Below, piece after piece: positions 57,794 through 64,000 of a DNA stretch of 64,000 bases. Under the pieces are notes generated by a model. The model searched no databases. It saw nothing but the letters and a program-made list of their open reading frames with translations, and was not told the origin of the DNA. The stretch's first letter is position 1; each line of letters opens with the position of its first letter. Both the position numbers and the translations under genes were made by a program. This DNA is from Pseudomonas phage PaBG, in the sequence record KF147891.1; one strand, 5' to 3'.

Positions 57794-58258
57794 TCAGTCG
57801 AAGTCTTCTTCGTCTTCTTCGTCTTCTTCCTCGTCGTCGTCTTCTTCTTCCTCGTCGTCCTCGTCCTCGTCCTCGTCGTCGTCCTCGTCGTCGTCATCTT
57901 CCTCGTCGTCGTCTTCTTCTTCCTCGTCGTCTTCCTCGTCGTCCTCGTCCTCGTCGTCTTCTTCCTCGTCGTCCTCGTCGTCGTCCTCGTCTTCTTCTTC
58001 CTCGTCGTCCTCGTCCTCGTCGTCTTCTTCCTCGTCGTCCTCGTCTTCTTCTTCCTCGTCGGACTCATCGTCCTCCTCGGTCACGTCGGGAGCCTGCTCG
58101 GCGACGAGTGCGATGGCCTCGTCGATGGTGTCGGCACCGGCTTCCTTCATCTGTTGCAGCAGCGAGAGCAGCGCGATGGCCAGGCCGGCGGTCAGGTCGA
58201 AGTTGATTTCTTTGGCTTTGGACTTGGTGGATTTCTTCTTGGCCATGATGGGCTCCAA
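57794..58258 (-). CDS. polyacidic protein: basic/helical N-terminal 50 aa followed by ~100 aa of pure Asp/Glu
   Basis: MAKKKSTKSKAKEINFDLTAGLAIALLSLLQQMKEAG... then EEDDESDEEEEDEDDEEEDD... ending EEDFD. Encoded by a (GA[CG]/GAA)n trinucleotide tract. Confidence 0.5.
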   Translation of the reverse strand: MEPIMAKKKSTKSKAKEINFDLTAGLAIALLSLLQQMKEAGADTIDEAIALVAEQAPDVTEEDDESDEEEEDEDDEEEDDEDEDDEEEEDEDDDEDDEEEDDEDEDDEEDDEEEEDDDEEDDDDEDDDEDEDEDDEEEEDDDEEEDEEDEEDFD

Positions 58259-58348
58259 TTGAGTGAGTTGTTTCGAGTTTCACGTTCGAGCAGCCACAGC
58301 GCTCGTTGCAGTGGCTGTTTACACTTTTGTAAGACCGCAGATCAGGGC

Positions 58349-58945
58349 TTAGTCGTCCAGATCGTCGTCGTCTTCGTCGGCCTTTTTCTTCTTGCCCTTC
58401 TTGGACTTCTTGCCTTCGGCTTTCTCGGCCTTGGCTTTCTTGTCCTTCTTGGACTTCTTGCCTTCACCGCCGGCAGCGGCTTCGTCTTCGGCGCGAACTT
58501 CGATGCGAACATCGTCGCGTTGATACAGCTTCACAGTTTCACCGGAAGCGGTCTGGATGGTCATGATGCCACCCTTGTCTTCGACCAGGCGACCGACAAC
58601 TTCGCGGATGGCGACTTCGCGGAACACGGTCACAGCGGAGACTTCGCCGACGGCGCCGAACACTTCGACGACATCGCTACGGGAGAAGCGGCTGACCACA
58701 GTCTTCTGCGAAGCGCTGGTACGCTTGTGGCGCAGCATGACCGCGTCGGTGCCGTCTTGAACCAGGAAGCCACCGATTTCGACAGCTTGGCGAGCGAACA
58801 CGGTGAACGTGAACATCGCGGACTTGGCCTTGAAGCTGGTCTTGGCGCTGATGTTCTTCAGGCGCTTGGCGATCTTGTCGGTACGGGACAGGCGATTCGC
58901 GGTATTGCGCTTTTTCGTTTTGTCTTTTGCCATGGTGTGTATCAC
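58349..58945 (-). CDS. basic protein with C-terminal KAEKAEGKKSKK repeat and acidic DEDDDDLDD end
   Basis: Shares the 47-nt DNA repeat with 56996..57655. Probable start MAKDKTKKRN. Confidence 0.45.
   Translation of the reverse strand: MIHTMAKDKTKKRNTANRLSRTDKIAKRLKNISAKTSFKAKSAMFTFTVFARQAVEIGGFLVQDGTDAVMLRHKRTSASQKTVVSRFSRSDVVEVFGAVGEVSAVTVFREVAIREVVGRLVEDKGGIMTIQTASGETVKLYQRDDVRIEVRAEDEAAAGGEGKKSKKDKKAKAEKAEGKKSKKGKKKKADEDDDDLDD
58404..58450. repeat. 47-nt intragenomic repeat (copy B)
   Basis: Identical to ~57141-57187. Confidence 0.6.
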
Positions 58946-60012
58946 TCACCTTCTTTTTCGAGAGAGAAAGCGACGAGGAAATCGCCGCCGTTAAACAGGG
59001 CATCAGCGTAGTCTTCACGCTCGAAGCCCGGGGCGCCTACGAACTCGCCACCTTCAACCGCGTTGCGGTAGCTGAGGATTTCGGCTTCCGGATCGTTGCT
59101 ACGAATCCAGTTGAACGCATCCAGCACCGATTGCTTCATCAGGTCCTGGCTGTAGAAGCCGACGTACACTGCGGACGGCATGCCCGCCTTGATGCCAGCC
59201 TGTTCGAGGTACTTGAAGTGGGTCTTCAAGGTCTTCTCGAACTTGTCCGACGCTTCACGCAGCAGCAGCGGGATGCGCAGGTGTACGATGAACTTCACAG
59301 TAACCGAAACGGTCTTGGTCTGCGCAGTCGGCTCGCCGGTCTGGTTGACCGACAGCAGCGGACGAACGCGGATGTACTCGTCCGCCGGCAGCATCACGGC
59401 ACCGTCTTCGCCAGCCAGTTCGATGTAGTGCTGACCGTCGGCGCTCGGGAAGTTCGCGTACAGGGTGCTCTGCGCAGCCTTCAGGTGTTCTTCGATCAGG
59501 TTCTCGACGACCAGGGCACCGGTGTCAGCAGTAACGACCAGACGTTCTTCGTTGGCCATCAGCTTGCTCAGCACGCCGACGAACTCGCGCAGCGGTTCAC
59601 GCAGGACGCCGATACGGCCGGAGCGTTCGTTGAGCTTGGAGAGCGACTGGATCAGGTTGAGCTTCTGGTCGTTGAACTCGAAGTTCGCGGTATCGATCAG
59701 CGCGTCCTGCACTTCGTCGTGGAACAGGTTGACCACGAAGTTCAGCTCGGGGTTGACGACCAGGCGCACGATGCCTTCGACACCTGCGGTTTCCTGCAGA
59801 ATCTGCGAGAAGCTGCGCGGCTGGTATTCGTCTTCGACGTCCACACCGTCGGCACCATCGACATCGGCCATTTCGACTTCTTCGATGTTGCGGGTCGGCT
59901 CGACCGCGATGCCGGCCGGGGCGCCACGTTCTTCTGCGGACGGTGCGGCTTCGCTGGCGAGTTGCTGGCTCTGACGCTCGGCATCGCCGATCAGGTTTTC
60001 TTGGTTACTCAT
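58942..60012 (-). CDS. hypothetical protein (356 aa), acidic N-terminus
   Basis: Minus-strand ORF. Confidence 0.4.
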   Translation of the reverse strand: MSNQENLIGDAERQSQQLASEAAPSAEERGAPAGIAVEPTRNIEEVEMADVDGADGVDVEDEYQPRSFSQILQETAGVEGIVRLVVNPELNFVVNLFHDEVQDALIDTANFEFNDQKLNLIQSLSKLNERSGRIGVLREPLREFVGVLSKLMANEERLVVTADTGALVVENLIEEHLKAAQSTLYANFPSADGQHYIELAGEDGAVMLPADEYIRVRPLLSVNQTGEPTAQTKTVSVTVKFIVHLRIPLLLREASDKFEKTLKTHFKYLEQAGIKAGMPSAVYVGFYSQDLMKQSVLDAFNWIRSNDPEAEILSYRNAVEGGEFVGAPGFEREDYADALFNGGDFLVAFSLEKEGE

Positions 60013-61412
60013 GGTTTGTCTCCTTTAGACTTCGTGTACGAGTAGCAACGCTTGATGTTCACACTTTCTGCGTATGGCCGAATGGTGAGTCCGGTCACGG
60101 TGTACTGATCATCGTAGGCTGCCTCGAACTTGGCAATGATATTATCGAGTGCAGATTTAGTAATCGCACCAGACGTATCTACCTCGTATCCGAGAATGTC
60201 AACCAACGGATGGCTCAGAGAGCGGAACCCAAGCGACTGCAAGTGAACCGCCGGCTTGATCCGCATCTGCGGACCCATGAGCTTGCCACGCTGGTACACA
60301 AACATACCGGTCGCAACAAACTGCAGGTAGTGCTCAGGCAGTGTCTTTACATACTCCGCCCGGGCCGCTTCGCGCTCTGCATTGCCGTTGGCGATTCGCG
60401 CCTCGAGCTTTGCTTTACGCTTTTCCAACTTACTGATCTTCTCGGCAAACTTTGGCTTCGCGCTGCGAGACGCATAAGATTCCAGCTTGCGAACTGTGGA
60501 TTGCAGCTCCTCCTTCATATCGGCGATAACAAAGGTGAAGTCATCGATACGGTTGCGGTCGACAGTAGCCATGTACTCGCGCAGCATATCGCTGACCGTT
60601 TTCGCATTCGGGAAGTGCTTGCGCAACTCCGAGCGCATTTTCTTCGGCACCGCCAAGGTGCCTTGAACCACGAACAGCTCGGCGCCGTGGCCGAATGGCG
60701 TGTAGTTCTGAATTACCTTGCGATAACCATTGTGCTGACCAAACTCCAGGGGAATGCCCAGGTGCCGTAGCTGGTCAAGCGTGTAGACAATCTTCTCGCC
60801 AATATGCAGGAAGGCCGCATACAGGTGAGCGTGCGTATTGCCTTCGACCTCGTATGCGCGATACACGAGGTTGATGCGAACACCGGAGAGCTTGGGTGTG
60901 ATGCACACGCCTTTTTCCAGCTTCTGGTCGGTGTACGCTTTCGGGCGGTTGCACTTGCGCAAAACTTCGTCGATGGTCTGTTCGATGGATTCCGGCCACA
61001 CCAAGCCGTCACGGGCACGCAACGCGCTTTCTCGGCGATCAGCCTTGAGTTGCTTGATCGCATCCTCGTAGGTCACGTTGTCGGCAGCATTCAAACCGGC
61101 AAACGCAGCCCATGCCTCGGCATGGGTTTGGCATTGCGGGAGACAGAAGCCAGAGTTGTACATCAGGCTTACGGTCGCCATGTCGGGCAAGTTGCCATTG
61201 ATGGCGCCCAGTACGATTTCGTCGAGCGCCTTAACGGTAAGGGCAGGCACTACGTCAATCTCCTCATCCGACAGGCGACCGTGCAGTACGAACCTGCAAT
61301 GGTAAAGCGTGTCGATGTTCGTGGAGCGTACCAGTCGATTGCGCTGGTACAGGTTGTTCAAAACTGCGTTCAGTGCGTCACTATTCATAACCACCTCCTG
61401 AGCGCAATTCAC
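60009..61412 (-). CDS. hypothetical protein (467 aa), weak resemblance to covalent nucleotidyltransferases (ligase-like)
   Basis: PKLSGVRINLVY resembles ligase motif I KxDGxR but with Ser in place of Asp. HGAELFVVQGTL could be motif III/IV-like. Confidence 0.2.
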   Translation of the reverse strand: MNCAQEVVMNSDALNAVLNNLYQRNRLVRSTNIDTLYHCRFVLHGRLSDEEIDVVPALTVKALDEIVLGAINGNLPDMATVSLMYNSGFCLPQCQTHAEAWAAFAGLNAADNVTYEDAIKQLKADRRESALRARDGLVWPESIEQTIDEVLRKCNRPKAYTDQKLEKGVCITPKLSGVRINLVYRAYEVEGNTHAHLYAAFLHIGEKIVYTLDQLRHLGIPLEFGQHNGYRKVIQNYTPFGHGAELFVVQGTLAVPKKMRSELRKHFPNAKTVSDMLREYMATVDRNRIDDFTFVIADMKEELQSTVRKLESYASRSAKPKFAEKISKLEKRKAKLEARIANGNAEREAARAEYVKTLPEHYLQFVATGMFVYQRGKLMGPQMRIKPAVHLQSLGFRSLSHPLVDILGYEVDTSGAITKSALDNIIAKFEAAYDDQYTVTGLTIRPYAESVNIKRCYSYTKSKGDKP

Positions 61413-61753
61413 ACTTTATCCGGGTCTGGCAGAAGTTTGCTGACCGCGTCGGCGCCGTAGGCGTTGAGCACACTGGCGAGCGGGGAGCAGAACATACGCA
61501 CCAGCTCGATCTGGGTATCATCCAACTCGACATCGAGTTTGAGGATGAGCATGCCGTAAACTTCACTCAGCACGGACGGCACGACAACCAGATTGTCATT
61601 GGCCAGTACGGTATTTAGTTCGTGAATCTTGGCTACAACGTCCGGCTGAACAGCATGTTCGGGCGGAAACGGGTCGAGGCCAAGCATTTCGTGCGGAAGA
61701 ATGGCAAACGGCATTTCGTTATCTGCCATCACCATACGGATTTCTTCATTCAT
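61409..61753 (-). CDS. hypothetical protein (114 aa)
   Basis: Minus-strand ORF. Confidence 0.35.
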   Translation of the reverse strand: MNEEIRMVMADNEMPFAILPHEMLGLDPFPPEHAVQPDVVAKIHELNTVLANDNLVVVPSVLSEVYGMLILKLDVELDDTQIELVRMFCSPLASVLNAYGADAVSKLLPDPDKV

Positions 61754-62273
61754 CAGATAAGGCCTCTACGGATGCGTTTCGCATCGCAGCGAAAGTGGTA
61801 TGGTTGCCATTACTGACAGCCAGCACGAATTCCTTTACAGCATTCTGGTCGAACCCTCCGACCAGCGGAACGACGGCGTTCTTCTCCATCAAGAACCCAA
61901 ACCACAGGTCACGTTGGTAGGTTTCTTCGTGCTTGATCAGGAGTCCTAGCTCTTGATCGATCACTCGGTATAGCTGGTCAAGCTCGGCAGGGTCGCTTTT
62001 GACCAAGGTAGCGTGCCGAGTCCATTCGACCGTGTTGCCATTGTGCAGCAGCACGGACGCTTTGTTTGCATCGAGCGAATGGCGTAACAGCAACATGGTT
62101 TGCACCTGACCGCTGACAACAAAGCGGAGCAGTTCGATCTTGGCGCCATTGATAGTCACGGCAATCGACTCAACCGCACGATCCCACGTCGGATGTTCCG
62201 CTTCACGGTGCACCTTGATGCGGGTGTACGGCAGCTCGCTCAGTTCAAACAGACGTAGAATCTTGTCGTGCAT
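61746..62273 (-). CDS. hypothetical protein (175 aa)
   Basis: Minus-strand ORF. Confidence 0.4.
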   Translation of the reverse strand: MHDKILRLFELSELPYTRIKVHREAEHPTWDRAVESIAVTINGAKIELLRFVVSGQVQTMLLLRHSLDANKASVLLHNGNTVEWTRHATLVKSDPAELDQLYRVIDQELGLLIKHEETYQRDLWFGFLMEKNAVVPLVGGFDQNAVKEFVLAVSNGNHTTFAAMRNASVEALSDE

Positions 62274-62327
62274 AACAACCTCTCGGGTGAGAGCAGGGTG
62301 AGCGAACTACGCCCACCCTGCTGCGGC

Positions 62328-63665
62328 TTACTCGGCCTCGACTTCTTCCATGCGGGCGACGTCGGCGATGGACTTGCTGCGGAACTTCAGGCTGTCCAGG
62401 TTGAGCAGCTTGACAGTTTCGTCGGCTTCGTCGTAACCAACCAGCAGGAACTCATGCTTATCTTCCTTGCCCTTGAGTACGGTCTGGCCGGGCACCATGT
62501 CGTCACCGAACTTGTCCTCGATTTCATCGCTGGCGAGATACGCCTCGACAAAACCGCGAACTTTGCCTTCGCTCAGGTTCGGAGCACGCTCGCGGATGGC
62601 GTTGACCATGTCTTCGACGCTGACGGCGTCTTCGGACTCATCTTCTTCCTCCTCGTCGTCCTCGTCCTCGTCTTCGGACTCATCGTCCTCGTCGTCTTCC
62701 AGCTCACCATCGTCATCGCCGACTTCATCTTCGTCCTCGTCGCCAGCCTCCAGTTCGACGCCAGCCTCATCTGCGGCTTCGCGGATGGCGTCATCGTCGT
62801 TGTCGTCGTCTTCGCGGATGAGGGCGATAACCGCCTCGGCGTCCATCGACTTCTTGGTGGTCAGGCCGAGCTTGCGCGCGATCTTCTTGAGGTCGGCCAC
62901 GTCGAGGTCGCCGAGAAGTTCGTCTTCCAGGCCTTCATCGTCCTCGTCGTCATCGTCCAGACCTTCATCGTCCAGGCTGTCGTCGTCCTCGTCGTCATCA
63001 GGTGCGACGTCGGTGGCTTCGCGGTGTTCGCGGATGTACGCCTTGATTTCCTTGTCGGACTTGCTGCCCGGCATCAGGGTGATGGTGACACGGAGCGCGT
63101 TCTCGTTGAACTGCGCACCTACAGCGACCGGTACCACGTCGTACACGCCGCTGGCCGACAGTGCATTGCCAAGCAGTGCAAACGCATCGTTGCTGATCGC
63201 TTCGGCGTTACGCTGATCGAACGCTTCGACCAGTTTCTTCTTGGCAGCCTTCGGCTTGGACTTCGGCGCTTCGGGCTCGTCTTTCTGCTTGGAGGTACGC
63301 GCACGCTTGCCAGCAGGTGCACCTTCTGCCTCGGCTGCTTCGCGCTTCAAGCGACGGCGACGCTGGCGTGCGGTTTCACCGGCGGGTGCATCGTCATCGT
63401 CTTTCACCTTACGGTTGCGGGCGCGAGCCGGCTTGGTCGGCTCTTCCTTGGCGGCTTTCTTGCCTTTCTTCGGAGTGTCGAAGAAGAAGCCGGGGCCGCG
63501 CTTGTAGATGCCGTCGATGTGGACGCGAGTGCCGTCCTCGGTGATAGCTTCGCCAGTCTTCACCACGATCTTCTCGACGCGGTGACGCTCACCGTCGATG
63601 GTGATGCGCTTGCCTTGCATGCCTTTCAGGTCGTCTTTAGTGATAGCCATGTTCTGAGTCCTCAT
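62328..63665 (-). CDS. acidic/basic low-complexity protein (445 aa) with SAP/Rho-N-like helix (LDVADLKKIARKLGL)
   Basis: N-terminal basic region (KKGKKAAKEEPTKPARARNRK...RQRRRRLKR). Two long Asp/Glu tracts. DLKKIARKLGLTTKK motif. Probable start MAITKDD. Confidence 0.45.
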   Translation of the reverse strand: MRTQNMAITKDDLKGMQGKRITIDGERHRVEKIVVKTGEAITEDGTRVHIDGIYKRGPGFFFDTPKKGKKAAKEEPTKPARARNRKVKDDDDAPAGETARQRRRRLKREAAEAEGAPAGKRARTSKQKDEPEAPKSKPKAAKKKLVEAFDQRNAEAISNDAFALLGNALSASGVYDVVPVAVGAQFNENALRVTITLMPGSKSDKEIKAYIREHREATDVAPDDDEDDDSLDDEGLDDDDEDDEGLEDELLGDLDVADLKKIARKLGLTTKKSMDAEAVIALIREDDDNDDDAIREAADEAGVELEAGDEDEDEVGDDDGELEDDEDDESEDEDEDDEEEEDESEDAVSVEDMVNAIRERAPNLSEGKVRGFVEAYLASDEIEDKFGDDMVPGQTVLKGKEDKHEFLLVGYDEADETVKLLNLDSLKFRSKSIADVARMEEVEAE

Positions 63666-63723
63666 TAACCTAAACTAAGTTTGTAACCGTAATGCTGGAT
63701 GCAGCGTGTCGAACACGCAACCA

Positions 63724-63969
63724 TCATAGCATACGATCAGGGTTCGACGCAATGGCCACTTGCTCAAACAGCAGCGAGCTAAGCTCCGGTAGCGTCTTCT
63801 GGGTGTTGATGAGAGTGTGGGTGATTGCCTCAGCCACGTTCTTGGGCATTTTCGCGTTCTGGCCAGCGACGGTGTTAGCGTACTCGACGAATTTCTGCCA
63901 AAACTCGCCGACAACGGCCTGTACATTTCCTCGGGAAAGCGCGGCATTGGATTTCTGCACTTCCACCAC
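63724..63969 (-). CDS. hypothetical small protein (81 aa)
   Basis: Minus-strand ORF near the window end. Confidence 0.3.
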   Translation of the reverse strand: MVEVQKSNAALSRGNVQAVVGEFWQKFVEYANTVAGQNAKMPKNVAEAITHTLINTQKTLPELSSLLFEQVAIASNPDRML

Positions 63970-64000
63970 AGGATGGCTGCTATGGCGAAACGGCTTCCGA

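Noticed and set aside
57800-58070. Trinucleotide (GAC/GAG/GAA)n microsatellite-like tract considered as a non-coding simple repeat.
   Set aside because: It is in frame inside a minus-strand ORF with a credible basic/helical N-terminus and encodes the polyacidic tail. Treated as coding low complexity rather than a non-coding repeat.
1-64000. CRISPR arrays, integrase/att sites, transposases, rRNA.
   Set aside because: No regularly spaced direct repeats with unique spacers. No serine-recombinase family member was recognised. The single Tyr-enzyme candidate (24209..25897) fits TopIB better and has no adjacent att-like repeats or repressor module. No rRNA-like conserved stretches. The only DNA repeats are within-gene coding repeats and short hairpins.

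Overview
This 64-kb window is a GC-rich (roughly 58-60%) segment of a tailed dsDNA phage with a contractile tail (myovirus-like). Essentially every credible gene is on the minus strand. Genes are tightly packed, with many 1-4 nt start/stop overlaps and short intergenic regions carrying hairpin-plus-U-run terminators. The long plus-strand ORFs in the track are GC-driven antisense shadows. In transcription order (high to low coordinate) the window contains the following modules. (1) A replication/recombination block: ligase-like nucleotidyltransferase, sigma-70-like factor, gp32-like SSB candidate, RecA/UvsX-like recombinase, HNH endonuclease and DnaB helicase. It is interleaved with an unusual set of Lys-rich repeat proteins and poly-Asp/Glu proteins. 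(2) A packaging block: large terminase, a small ORF, and portal. (3) An accessory island that includes a NADAR/YbiA-family enzyme. (4) A detached baseplate-spike and tail-fibre-like block. (5) A nucleotide/DNA-metabolism block: HAD phosphatase, SprT-like metalloprotease domain protein, PD-(D/E)xK nuclease-like protein, thymidylate kinase, and a type IB topoisomerase-like protein with a long N-terminal extension. (6) A head block: Cys4/polyacidic scaffold candidate and HK97-like major capsid protein. (7) A tail block: sheath, tube, two tandem paralogous chaperone-position genes, a tape-measure/ejection protein with Gly-zipper and lysozyme-like region, LysM-like protein, and a large hub-like protein. 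(8) dCTP deaminase and several small unknown genes. No rRNA, tRNA, CRISPR array or integrase/transposase was recognised. My coordinates derived by eye may be off by 1-2 nt. CDS coordinates are those of the supplied ORF track unless an internal start is stated, and track start codons may be GTG/TTG.
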